A DNA stretch of 64,000 nucleotides. It comes from Thermoanaerobaculia bacterium. Its GTDB lineage: Bacteria > Acidobacteriota > Thermoanaerobaculia > Multivoradales > Multivoraceae. The translations under genes were made by a program, and so were the position numbers. Positions within the stretch are counted from its first letter, which is position 1; every line of letters begins with the position of its first letter. Positions 1 to 9,244 of the stretch are shown here, in pieces. The stretch spans positions 4,448,001-4,512,000 of the forward strand of contig OY762911.1 in assembly GCA_963666565.1 (NCBI GenBank), in the 5' to 3' direction. The notes below the pieces were generated by a model, which ran no database searches, had not been told where the DNA came from, and was given only the letters and a program-made list of their open reading frames with translations.

Positions 1-633
1 ATCGCCTGGTCGCCGGACCTCGGCTACGCGAGGGTGCAGTCCGACGTCGCCCGGGTGACGGCGGACGCGGCGGCCGCGTTCGACCGGGCCGGCCACGCGG
101 TCGAACCGCTCGAGGAGCAGGTGCCGGGCGGCCCGCCGATGCTCACGGCGGCCTGGGGCAAGCTGGGCAACTTCCTGATCGCCGGCCAGATCCACGAACC
201 GCTGCGGAAGCGGCGGCAGGACATGACCCACTCGTTTGCGGAGGCGCTGGAACGCTCCTGGGAGATGACGCCCGAGACCTTCGGCGCCGCGGCCCGCGAG
301 CGCGGCCGGCTGAACCGCTGGTGCGGCGAGGTCTTCGACCGCTTCGACCTGCTGCTGACGCCGACCGTGCCCTACGATCCGCCGCCCGCGCGCGGCCCCT
401 TCCCCACCCACACCGAGGGCCGGGAGCAGGTGCCGGCCGGGGTCGCGGCGTTCACGATTCCGTTCAACATGTCGGGCCACCCGGCGGCAACGGTGCGCGC
501 CGCGATGTCGGACGCCGGCCTGCCCGTCGGCCTGCAGATCGTGGGTCCGCGCCACCGGGACGATCTCGTGCTGCGTGCCGCGCGGCTGTTCGAGCGCGCC
601 CGGCCCTGGCACCCGAACTGGCCGAAGGTCTGA
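1..633 (+). CDS. Amidase signature family protein (5' partial; starts before the window)
   Basis: Frame open from base 1 (IAWSPDLGYA...). C-terminal amidase motifs DLLLTPT, FTIPFNMSGHPA and GLPVGLQIVG...DDLVL. Confidence 0.9.
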   Translation: MAWSPDLGYARVQSDVARVTADAAAAFDRAGHAVEPLEEQVPGGPPMLTAAWGKLGNFLIAGQIHEPLRKRRQDMTHSFAEALERSWEMTPETFGAAARERGRLNRWCGEVFDRFDLLLTPTVPYDPPPARGPFPTHTEGREQVPAGVAAFTIPFNMSGHPAATVRAAMSDAGLPVGLQIVGPRHRDDLVLRAARLFERARPWHPNWPKV

Positions 634-638
634 GCGCG

Positions 639-816
639 GCCGTCGGAGAGGCGTGAAGGGGTCGTCCCCAGCTGCCGCTCGCGCTCTCTGAGCGAAGGGG
701 AGGCTGGCGCTCGCTCCACTCCACTCGCTCCGGTTCGGTAGCGGTTGCTGGACGGGCATCGGAAGTCGCTCGTTTCGAGTCACCTGGGGACGACCCCTTC
801 GCGCCCCTCCGACGGC
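639..816 (-). repeat. ~177-bp stem-loop element (family B), copy 1
   Basis: ~33-bp inverted arms at 639-671 and 784-816. Reverse-complemented interior carries AACGAGCGAC, CCGGAGCGAGTGGAGTGGAGCGAGCGC and GAGCGCGAGCG, shared with copies 2 and 3. Confidence 0.85.
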
Positions 817-852
817 TGGTGCTCTGGACGCCGCCACGGGACCTTCCTCTCA

Positions 853-1992
853 TCAGGGAATCACGGTCACCTTGACCGCCCCGGAACGCTTGTCGCCCGC
901 GATCTCGAAGGCGCGCTCGATCTCTTCCAACGGCGCCTGGTGGGTGAGCAGACCTTCGTAGGCGGCGCCTCCCGCGGACAGGATTCGCACCGCCTCGGCG
1001 AAGTCCTCCGCGCCTGGACGCCGCGCGTAGCAGTTCGACCACTGAAGCCGCGCCTCCTTGCCCAGGAGCAGCAGTGGATCGAGGGTCAGCGCGCGCAGGA
1101 AGACCCCCAGAACGCAGACCGTGCCGCCGGGCCCCAGCGCGGCGACGGCCGCGGTCATCGTGTCCGCCGTACCGCCGACCGTCTCGACCACCAGGTCGGC
1201 GTCGAAGCCGTCGAGGTCGCCGTCCTCCGCCGCGTCGATTACCTCGTCGGCGCCGAGCCGCCCGGCCAGACGCGCCTGGTGCGGATGACGGGCCGTGACG
1301 GCGACGTGCCCCAGGCCCCAGGCGCGGGCGACCGCGACGACCGCCAAGCCGATCGTACCGGCGCCGAGAACCAGCAGCCGGGCGGCCCGCTTCGGCCGTT
1401 CCGGCCGTTCCGCACCGGCTGCTGACGGTATCGACCTGTTCCCGTCCCCGTCGGGGGCGGGGCTGAACATCCCCGCGCTCCCAGGCGTGAATGCGGACAA
1501 GGCGGGCGCCGTTCCGGGCGCGGCCGACAACCGGAGCCCATGGATCGCTACCGCGAAAGGCTCGGCGAGGGCGGCCAGAGGCGGCGACAGCGTGCCCGGC
1601 GCCCGGTAGAGCCGCCGCGCCGGCACGACCACCGCGTCGGCGAAGCCGCCGGGCCGCCTCAGGCCGTAGAGTTCAAGTTCCCGGCAGATCGAATCGCGGC
1701 CCCTACGGCACGGATCGCAGTCGCCGCACGAAGCGAGCGGCTCGACGACCACCGGCTCGCCGGCGGCGAACCCTTCGACGCCCGGACCCAGCTCGTCGAC
1801 CGTGCCGGCCATCTCGTGGCCCATGATCGAACCCGGCTCGACAATCGGCTTCGGACTGTGGACCATGTGCAGGTCCGTGCCGCACACGCCGCAGGCAGTG
1901 ACGCGAAGCCGGACCTCGCCGGGCCCGGGCGCCGGCAACGGACGCTCGGCCAGGGCGACCTGACCGGGTCCGCTATAGACGCCCGCTCGCAT
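853..1992 (-). CDS. Zn-dependent medium-chain alcohol dehydrogenase with an in-frame ~45-aa insertion
   Basis: GVCGTD, GHE, structural Zn motif CGDCDPC...C, and GAGTIG Rossmann motif. Confidence 0.92.
   Translation of the reverse strand: MRAGVYSGPGQVALAERPLPAPGPGEVRLRVTACGVCGTDLHMVHSPKPIVEPGSIMGHEMAGTVDELGPGVEGFAAGEPVVVEPLASCGDCDPCRRGRDSICRELELYGLRRPGGFADAVVVPARRLYRAPGTLSPPLAALAEPFAVAIHGLRLSAAPGTAPALSAFTPGSAGMFSPAPDGDGNRSIPSAAGAERPERPKRAARLLVLGAGTIGLAVVAVARAWGLGHVAVTARHPHQARLAGRLGADEVIDAAEDGDLDGFDADLVVETVGGTADTMTAAVAALGPGGTVCVLGVFLRALTLDPLLLLGKEARLQWSNCYARRPGAEDFAEAVRILSAGGAAYEGLLTHQAPLEEIERAFEIAGDKRSGAVKVTVIP
1446..1484 (-). repeat. REP-like palindrome inserted in frame within the ADH gene
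   Basis: Minus strand reads CTGGGAGC-GCGGGG-atgttcag-CCCCGC-cccc-gac-gggg, the same lead + hairpin + second hairpin layout as the intergenic REPs. Confidence 0.6.
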
Positions 1993-2058
1993 CGCACGGA
2001 GCCTAACAACGGACTGTCAGACCGGAGTCCGCCTGACCCGCACCTTCACCGACCTCCA

Positions 2059-2235
2059 GCCCAGTCGGGTCAGGAGGGGTCGGCGCCCAGGTGCCTCTGA
2101 ACGAGCGACTGCCCGCGACATTGCATCCACCGACGTCCAACCGGAGCGAGTGAAGCGGAGCAAGCGCAACCCTGCCCATCTCCTCTCGAGCGCGCGCGTC
2201 ACCTGGGCGCCGACCCCTCCTGACCCAAGACGGGC
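2059..2235 (+). repeat. ~177-bp stem-loop element (family B), copy 2
   Basis: Perfect 27-bp inverted repeat at 2067-2093 and 2200-2226. Interior GAACGAGCGAC and CCGGAGCGAGTGAAGCGGAGCAAGCGC. Confidence 0.85.
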
Positions 2236-2261
2236 GGGTGCGTCCGACGCAGCGACGACTC

Positions 2262-3203
2262 CTAGAAGCCGGGCAGCGTCTCGCAGTCCACGGCGGCGCC
2301 GTTCACGGTGCAGGCGCAGTCGCCGCCGTCTTCGCAGTCGACCGTGACGTCGCACTCGCCGGAGTCGCCGCAGGCGGAGGCCGCGAAGTCGAAGGAGTGC
2401 GCGTTGCCGACATCGACCGTGCAGTCCTCGCCGTCATCGCAGGCGACCTTGACCTCGATCACGCGGGCTTCGTGTTCGCCGGCCTGGGCGCTCCCTGCGG
2501 CGGCGCTCGACACCTCGACGCGCCGCTCCCGCTCCTCCAGGGTGGCGTCGATCTTCTCCATCCGGCCGTCGCGCCAAACCTCGAGCACCACGGTGTCGCC
2601 GTCCTCGTGGCCGCCGATGGCCCGCGCGAGCGCCGACGAGGAGGCCACGGGCTCGCCGTCGACCGCCGTGACGATGTCGCCAACCTGCAGGCCGGCACGC
2701 AGTGCCGGGCTGCCGTCCACGACCTTGCCGACCATGACGCCGGCGTCCTCGGGCACGCCGAAGTGGGTGCGCAGTTCCGGCGTCAGCTCGGAGAGCTGCA
2801 CGCCGAGGAAGGCGCCGCCGCCGTGCCGCAGGTGCAGCCGCTCACCGCCGTCGCCGAGCCGCTGCATGACCCGGTGCAGACGGCGCCGGACCAGTTCGCC
2901 GGCTTCGCCGTCGCCCTCGTGGTCCTCGATCACGACCACGTCGTGGCCGTCCGCCTTGAGGATCCGGACGTTCTCCTCGGCGACCCATTCGTGGTCGTCG
3001 CCGTGGAGCACATGGACATTGCCGTCGTCGCCGACGAAGACGAACCGGTTCAGCCGCTCCTCGCAGTCCTCGCCGTCCGCGCACTCGACGACCTTCTTCA
3101 CCTGGATCTTGCGAACCTTCTTCTCCTCGCCGTCGCCGGCAACGGCCGGCGCCACGACCGCCAGCGCCAGGGCGACGGCCAACCAGAACTTCACTCTCGA
3201 CAT
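2262..3203 (-). CDS. Secreted PDZ-domain protein with Cys/Asp-rich repeats
   Basis: GAGGAG RBS before the ATG at 3203; signal peptide; PDZ motif FLGVQL...VVDGSPA..AGLQVGDIVTAVDG. Confidence 0.85.
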   Translation of the reverse strand: MSRVKFWLAVALALAVVAPAVAGDGEEKKVRKIQVKKVVECADGEDCEERLNRFVFVGDDGNVHVLHGDDHEWVAEENVRILKADGHDVVVIEDHEGDGEAGELVRRRLHRVMQRLGDGGERLHLRHGGGAFLGVQLSELTPELRTHFGVPEDAGVMVGKVVDGSPALRAGLQVGDIVTAVDGEPVASSSALARAIGGHEDGDTVVLEVWRDGRMEKIDATLEERERRVEVSSAAAGSAQAGEHEARVIEVKVACDDGEDCTVDVGNAHSFDFAASACGDSGECDVTVDCEDGGDCACTVNGAAVDCETLPGF

Positions 3204-3302
3204 GGTTCGACTCCTCATGGTCTCTTCGTTCGTTGCTCGTGCAAGTCTAACGAGTCTTCCGCCCAGACCGACGAGCATCCGGGGCCGCGGACGCCCCACA
3301 CC

Positions 3303-3342
3303 GGGTGCGCCGGCGTCCTCGCCGGCAGCCGCCGCAGGCGGC
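3303..3342 (+). repeat. REP family A copy (variant hairpin GCCGGCG-tcct-CGCCGGC)
   Basis: GGGTGC lead, hairpin, then GCCGCC-gca-GGCGGC second hairpin. Confidence 0.7.
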
Positions 3343-3421
3343 CGGGGCGCAGCCGCTGCATGAAGAACGCTTGCGGCCCCTCGTTCGTTCCCGCCGTTCG
3401 GGCCAGACCGCGCCGCGCGGC

Positions 3422-4195
3422 TCAGGAATCCTCCATCGACGCCCGCACCGTCCGCAGGTCCTGGAGCGCCGCCTTGGCCATCGAGCCGCCGTCGCGCGCC
3501 ACCTCGACGAACCGGAATCCCTGCCGGATCCGCTTCGGCGCCTCCTTGACCGTGCCGGCGACCCCGGCGAACAGCCCGTGGCGTCTGCAACCGTCGAGAA
3601 TCTTCTCGATCGCCGCGGTGAACTTCTCGTCCTCCTGGTCCGCCGCCGGCTTGAGCCCCAGCGACACGCTGAGATCGCTCGGGCCGACGTAGACGCCGTC
3701 GAGGCCGGGCACCGAGAGGATGTCGTCCAGGTTGTCCAGCGCCTGCTGCGTCTCGATCATCGGGATGCAGTAGATCTGCTCGTTCGCCTCCTCCAGGTAG
3801 TTGCCGCCGTAGAGAAGGCCCGCCCGGAACGGTCCGAAGCTGCGCTTGCCGCGCGGCGGGTACCGGCAGGCGGCCGCGGCGGCTTCCGCCTCCGCGCGGC
3901 TGTTCACCATCGGGATGATGATCCCGTGGGCGCCGGCGTCGAGCATCTTGCCGATGATCCCGGGCTCGTTCCACGGCACCCGGACGATCGGCGTCGTGTC
4001 CGAGGCGGTCATGGCCTGCAGCATCTCGGTCGCTCGCTGGTAGTCGACCAGGCCGTGCTGCATGTCGATCGTCGCCCAGTCGAAGCCGAGCCGCGACATC
4101 AGTTCGGCGCTGTGCGTGTCCGGGAACGCGAGCCAGGCGCCGAGGACCGGCTCTCCGTTGTCGATCTTGTCGCGCAGGCGGTTCTTCATCGGCAT
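3422..4195 (-). CDS. HpcH/HpaI aldolase family protein
   Basis: DWATIDMQHG, IVRVPWN, RYPPRGKRS, MIET and VGPSDLS motifs. Confidence 0.92.
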   Translation of the reverse strand: MPMKNRLRDKIDNGEPVLGAWLAFPDTHSAELMSRLGFDWATIDMQHGLVDYQRATEMLQAMTASDTTPIVRVPWNEPGIIGKMLDAGAHGIIIPMVNSRAEAEAAAAACRYPPRGKRSFGPFRAGLLYGGNYLEEANEQIYCIPMIETQQALDNLDDILSVPGLDGVYVGPSDLSVSLGLKPAADQEDEKFTAAIEKILDGCRRHGLFAGVAGTVKEAPKRIRQGFRFVEVARDGGSMAKAALQDLRTVRASMEDS

Positions 4196-4256
4196 GGCCC
4201 GGGTCCCTCCTTCAACTCCGCGGGAAGCGTGGCGGCGGAGCCTAGCAGCCACCCGC

Positions 4257-5330
4257 CTACGGAATCAGCGACTCGTCCGGTTCGAGCGCCGCGGCGAAGC
4301 TGGCCAGCAGATCCGCCGAACGATCGATGTCGTCGAGCGAGATCGTCTCGACGGCGCTGTGCATGTAGCGGTTCGGAACGCTGATCAGGCCCGTCGCGAC
4401 GCCGGCGCGGGTGGTCTGGATCGGGTTCGCGTCGTTCGGCGCGGCCCGCCCCAGGGCCGCCAACTGGAAGGGGATCTCCTCTTCTTCCGCGACCTCCTCG
4501 AGCCGGTCGCTGACCTTGGGGTTCATGTTCGGCCCGCGCACGATGACCGGCCCGCCGCCCAGGCGCAGGTCGCCCTCCTGGCGCTTGCTGATCGTCGGGC
4601 AGTCCGTCGCGTGGGTCACGTCCACGGCGATGCCCACGTCCGGGTCGACGCCGTGGGCGCTGGTGCGCGCGCCGCGCAGGCCGATCTCCTCGCAAACCGT
4701 GGACACCGCGTACACCGCGACCTTCGGGTTCTTCTTCGCGACCCGCCGCAACGCCTCGATAACGACCCACAGCCCGGTCGTGTTGTCCATCTTCGGCGCG
4801 TTCGCCAGGCCGTTGCGCATCTCCTGGAAGCCCAGGTCGAGCGTGACCGGATCGCCCACCCGCACCACCGTCTTCGCGTCGTCGCCGTCCTTCGCGCCGA
4901 TGTCGAGCCAGAGGTTTTCCATCTTGACCACCCGCTTGCGTTCCTCCATGTCGAGCAGATGGATCGGCTTGCGGGCGATGACCGCGGGCACGGGCCCGTC
5001 CTTCGCCCACACGGTCATTCGCTGACCGATGAGCTGCTGCGGATCCCAGCCGCCGATCGGTTGCACCCACAGGAAGCCCTTGTCGTCGATGTAGCTGACG
5101 ATAAGGCCGATCTGGTCGCAGTGGCCGGCGAACAGCACGCGGCGGCCGTCCGGCTTCTCGCCGGCCTCGACATTCACCGCCGCGATGACGTTGCCGTGCA
5201 CGTCGGTCGTCACGCTGTACGCGAACTTGCCGGCGTAGGCGCGGACGACCTCCTGGACGGGCGCCTCGTGCCCCGAAGGACTCGGCGTGGCCAACAGATC
5301 GATGAAGAACTTCCGTGCGGTCTTGTTCAT
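4257..5330 (-). CDS. M42 family metallo-aminopeptidase
   Basis: PSPSGHE, GHCDQIG, MDN, EEIGLRGA, AVDVTHATD and RYMHS motifs. Confidence 0.93.
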   Translation of the reverse strand: MNKTARKFFIDLLATPSPSGHEAPVQEVVRAYAGKFAYSVTTDVHGNVIAAVNVEAGEKPDGRRVLFAGHCDQIGLIVSYIDDKGFLWVQPIGGWDPQQLIGQRMTVWAKDGPVPAVIARKPIHLLDMEERKRVVKMENLWLDIGAKDGDDAKTVVRVGDPVTLDLGFQEMRNGLANAPKMDNTTGLWVVIEALRRVAKKNPKVAVYAVSTVCEEIGLRGARTSAHGVDPDVGIAVDVTHATDCPTISKRQEGDLRLGGGPVIVRGPNMNPKVSDRLEEVAEEEEIPFQLAALGRAAPNDANPIQTTRAGVATGLISVPNRYMHSAVETISLDDIDRSADLLASFAAALEPDESLIP

Positions 5331-5331
5331 T

Positions 5332-6195
5332 TCAGCGTCCCCGGCGACGCTGGCGGCTGCTGTACGACCTCAGCGCGCGCAGGAGGTCGATCTTACGCAG
5401 AGCGGGCCAGTGCGTGTCGCAGAAGTAGTACTCGGAGTAGGTGCTCTGCCAGAGCAGGAAGCCGCTCAGCCGGACCTCGCCGCTGGTTCGGAGGATCAGG
5501 TCGGGCTCGGGCTGGCCGGAGGTGTAGAGATAGCGCTCGATCGACGAGGCGCTGAACTCGTCCGCCACCTCGTCGAGCGACTTCCCGACCGCCGAGTTGT
5601 CCAGCAGGTAGTTGCGGAAGGCGCTCGCGATCTCCTCGCGACCGCCGTAGGCCATCGCTATGTTCAGCCGGTATCGGTCGTAGCCGCTGGTTGCCGCCTC
5701 CGCCTCGCGAATCGCGGTCTGCAGGCTCTCCGGCAGAAGTTCGATCTGTCCCAGGAAACGCACACGAATGCCCTTCTCGTGGACGTCGTCGTGGTTCGCC
5801 AGTTCCCGGGTCTTCTCCTCGAACAGGTCGAACAGCGCCTGCACCTCCCTGGCGGAGCGATTGAAGTTGTCGAGCGACATGCTCCACACCGTGACGGTCG
5901 AAACCTGCGCCTCGTAGCACCAGTTGAGCACTTCCCAGAGCTTCTCGGCGCCCCGGAAGTGCCCGGCGCTGACGTTGCCCAGCCTCTGCTGGCGCGCGAA
6001 GCGCCGGTTCCCGTCCATGATCAGCCCGATGTGCCGGGGCAGCCGCCAGGTCCTGACCTTGGACTCCAGCCGGCGCTGGTAGACGACGTAGAACGGCCAC
6101 TTGATCAGCGCCTTGACGCGCCGCCAGAGTTCGCTCGCGGGCCGCGTCCGCGGCGCCGCCACGGCGCCGGACTCGACCGAGCCGACGACGCTCAA
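5332..6195 (-). CDS. uppS: cis-prenyltransferase (UppS / short-chain Z-isoprenyl diphosphate synthase)
   Basis: HIGLIMDGNRR, YGGREEI and RTSGEVRLSGFLLWQ motifs; start approximate. Confidence 0.9.
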   Translation of the reverse strand: MSVVGSVESGAVAAPRTRPASELWRRVKALIKWPFYVVYQRRLESKVRTWRLPRHIGLIMDGNRRFARQQRLGNVSAGHFRGAEKLWEVLNWCYEAQVSTVTVWSMSLDNFNRSAREVQALFDLFEEKTRELANHDDVHEKGIRVRFLGQIELLPESLQTAIREAEAATSGYDRYRLNIAMAYGGREEIASAFRNYLLDNSAVGKSLDEVADEFSASSIERYLYTSGQPEPDLILRTSGEVRLSGFLLWQSTYSEYYFCDTHWPALRKIDLLRALRSYSSRQRRRGR

Positions 6196-6352
6196 CCGGA
6201 ATCTCCCGGCCGGGCGTCGCGTTCGCCGGAAGAGGCGCCGTCCCCGAGTCCGATCACGCTCGAAGCTCCGTCATTGCGCTGTGGTACCTTCCATCGTCGT
6301 TCGTCCATTGCCCCTTCCGCGTCCACTGCAAGCCGCCCCAGGCAACCCACCG

Positions 6353-7825
6353 ATGACACCGCGAGACTCACGGGGGTCGGCCCGGCATCGTGCGGCCGCC
6401 GGCCATTCGGCCCCGGATCATAGCGACCCCCGGAGACTCGAAGCCGCGGCGCCCGGAAAGCCGGCCCGGGAGAGGCAACGCCGCCGGCGCCTTTCGATCT
6501 TCCCGGTTCTCGCGCTGTGCGCCCTCGCCGGCCTCGCCGGCGCCGCCGGAGCGGCCCCGGCGCCGGCGCTCGAGACCACCGAGGGCACCGAGGCCCTGCG
6601 CCTGTACCTGGACTGCGACTGGGGCTGCGACTTCACGTTCCTGCGCAGCCAGATCGACTACGTCAACTGGGTGCGCGATCGCCAGGACGCCGAGGTCCAC
6701 GTCCTCGTCACCATCCAGTCGGGCGGCAACTCGCGCGAGTACACGTTCAACTTCATCGGCCTGGAACGCTTCGAAGGAACCGATCAACGGCTGATCCACA
6801 CGTCGTCGTTCACCGACACGGACGACGAACGCCGCCGCGGCATCCAGCGCCTGCTGGAGCTGGGTCTGGTTCGCTACGTGCTGGAGACGCCTCAGGCCGA
6901 GGGGCTCGTCGTGCAGTTCGAGAACGGGGAAGAGGAAGGCGAGCCGCACCGGGACCACTTCCATCCCGAACCGAACAACCTGGTCGCCGACCCGCAGGAC
7001 GATCCCTGGAACTACTGGGTCTACCGCCTTCGTCTGAACACCGACTTCCGAAGCGAGGATCGCAGGGACTCGCAGTCCTACCAGACGAGCGCTTCCGCGG
7101 GCCGCACCACGGACCTGTGGCGCATGGGAATGGGCGTCTTCTACTCCTACCGGGAGAGCAACTTCGAGTTCGAGGACGGCAGCACCTACAAGAACGTCTC
7201 CCGGAGCACGAGCTACTTCGGCCAGGTGATCCGCACCCTGGCGCCGCACTGGGGCATAGGCGTCGGCGCCAGCAGCCGCCAGTCGACCTTCCTGAATCTC
7301 GACAACTCGTACCGCGCGGCGGCGGCCATCGAGTACAACTACTTCCCCTACAGCGAATCGTCCGAGCGCGAGTTCACGTTCGCCTACTTCATCGGCGGCA
7401 CCAGCCTCGACTACGAGGAGATCACGGTCTTCGACAAGCTCGAGGAGACCTTCACGGACCAGGGCGCGTACATCGCCTTCGGCATGGAGAGGCCCTGGGG
7501 CGAGGCCCACGTCGACCTCCAGTACAGCCACTTCATCGACGACTTCGATCGCAGCCGGATCGAGTTCAGCACGGACGTCGAGTACCACATCGTGCGCGGG
7601 CTGAGCTTCGACGTCTACGCCGGCATATCGAGGATCCGCGACCAGATCTATCTGCCCAAGGGCGGAGCGACCGACGCGGAGGTCCTGGTGGCCAGACGCC
7701 AGTTGGAGACGGACCTCTCGTTCCGCGGCGGCATCCAGCTCCGCTACACCTTCGGCTCGATCTACAACAACGTGGTGAACTCCAGGCTGAGCAGCGAGAG
7801 CGGCGGCTTCTCGCGCATCTTCTAG
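6353..7825 (+). CDS. Putative outer-membrane beta-barrel protein (hypothetical)
   Basis: Signal peptide, alternating aromatic beta-strand pattern, C-terminal YTFGSIYNNVVNSR and terminal Phe; start uncertain. Confidence 0.7.
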   Translation: MTPRDSRGSARHRAAAGHSAPDHSDPRRLEAAAPGKPARERQRRRRLSIFPVLALCALAGLAGAAGAAPAPALETTEGTEALRLYLDCDWGCDFTFLRSQIDYVNWVRDRQDAEVHVLVTIQSGGNSREYTFNFIGLERFEGTDQRLIHTSSFTDTDDERRRGIQRLLELGLVRYVLETPQAEGLVVQFENGEEEGEPHRDHFHPEPNNLVADPQDDPWNYWVYRLRLNTDFRSEDRRDSQSYQTSASAGRTTDLWRMGMGVFYSYRESNFEFEDGSTYKNVSRSTSYFGQVIRTLAPHWGIGVGASSRQSTFLNLDNSYRAAAAIEYNYFPYSESSEREFTFAYFIGGTSLDYEEITVFDKLEETFTDQGAYIAFGMERPWGEAHVDLQYSHFIDDFDRSRIEFSTDVEYHIVRGLSFDVYAGISRIRDQIYLPKGGATDAEVLVARRQLETDLSFRGGIQLRYTFGSIYNNVVNSRLSSESGGFSRIF

Positions 7826-7885
7826 GGCCCGGCGGTTCGCGGCGCGGTTCCGAGCCGCCCCGGACTCTCCGCTATCGTCGCGGGC

Positions 7886-9235
7886 GTGAGTGTCGTCATT
7901 GCCGGCGGCGGAGACATCGCGTATCGGCTCGCGTCTTCCCTGGCGCGCGAGGAGGACGTGTTCGTCGTCGTGCCGACGGAAGCGGAGCGCGGGCGGTTCG
8001 AGCACCTGGACCTGCAGATCACTGTCGGCCCGGCGGCCAGCCGCGCCACCCTGAAGCGGGTCGGCCTCTCGGACGACGACACCTTCATCGCCTGCGCCGA
8101 CTCGGACGAGAGGAACATCATTGCCTGCCTGGCGGCCCGCGGCCAGTCGACGGCCACGACCTACTGCTTCATCGCCCAGGACCAGCACCACGAGAGCTTC
8201 AACGACCCGGAGCAGGTGACGCTGGCCGCGATCATCGACCACCTCGTCTGGCCGCAGTGGTCGCTGGCCCGGGAGATCGCTCAGATCGTGCTGGAACCGA
8301 GCGCCCTGGACGTGGAGAACTTCCACCGCGGCCGGATCTGGCTGATGGAGTACCGGCTGCCGGCGGAGTCGCCGCTATGCGGACTGACCCTGGCCGAGGC
8401 GCCCTTGCCCCGAAACGCCCTGATCGTCAGCCGGGTCCGCGACGGCGAACTGGTCGTGCCGCGCGGCCAGGACCGGCTGGAGGCGGGCGACAAGGTCCTG
8501 TTCATGGGACGGCGGACGGCGCTGCGGAAGGTGGCGAAGCGGTTCTTCGCCGCCCCCGAGACCGTCGTGCGCAGCGTCACGATCGTGGGCGGCGGGCGCA
8601 CGGGCCGGCTGCTGGCCAGCGAGCTGACCCAGGGGCTCTGGCCCGAAGTGCGGCTGATCGAGGCCTCGCGGCAGCGCTGCGAGGACATCGCCGGACAGGT
8701 GGGCCGGGCCACCGTCTTCTGCGGCGACGGTACGGACCTCCGAGTCCTGGAGGAGATCGGCGTCGAGCGCAGCGACGCCCTGGTCGCGATGGCCGGCGAC
8801 GACCAGACGAACCTGCTCTGCTCCCTGATCGCCAAGCAGCTCGGGATTCCGAAGGTGGTCACCGGCGTGCAGCAGGACGCGAGCAGCGCGCTGTTCGAGC
8901 GGGTGGGCATCGACGTGACGCTGAACGCCAGCGCGGCCGCCATCGCCGAGGTCCTGCACCAGATCCAGGCGCCGCGCCTGGAGTACCGCGCCAGGCTGGA
9001 GGACGGCCGCGCCGAAGTCGTCGAAGTCGCCGTGCCGTCCGACTTCGAGGCCCGGCGCCTGCGCGAGATGGACATGCCGACCGGCGTCATCGTCGGCGCC
9101 GTGCTGCGGCAGGTCAACACGATCGTCCCCGGCGGCGAAGACGAAGTGCGGCCCGGCGACAGCCTGCTCGTCGTCGCCACGGCCGAGGGCGCGGAGGCCA
9201 TCGGTCCGGCCTTCGGCTTGGCGCCGGACGCCTGA
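7886..9235 (+). CDS. trkA: Trk system potassium transporter regulatory subunit
   Basis: Two RCK-N (GGGDIA, GGGRTG) plus RCK-C domains; adjacent to trkH. Confidence 0.9.
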   Translation: MSVVIAGGGDIAYRLASSLAREEDVFVVVPTEAERGRFEHLDLQITVGPAASRATLKRVGLSDDDTFIACADSDERNIIACLAARGQSTATTYCFIAQDQHHESFNDPEQVTLAAIIDHLVWPQWSLAREIAQIVLEPSALDVENFHRGRIWLMEYRLPAESPLCGLTLAEAPLPRNALIVSRVRDGELVVPRGQDRLEAGDKVLFMGRRTALRKVAKRFFAAPETVVRSVTIVGGGRTGRLLASELTQGLWPEVRLIEASRQRCEDIAGQVGRATVFCGDGTDLRVLEEIGVERSDALVAMAGDDQTNLLCSLIAKQLGIPKVVTGVQQDASSALFERVGIDVTLNASAAAIAEVLHQIQAPRLEYRARLEDGRAEVVEVAVPSDFEARRLREMDMPTGVIVGAVLRQVNTIVPGGEDEVRPGDSLLVVATAEGAEAIGPAFGLAPDA

Positions 9236-9244
9236 CGCGCGGCC

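Noticed and set aside
2001-2045. GCCTAAC... as an integron attC site
   Set aside because: No matching GTTRRRY end, no cassette array and no integrase.
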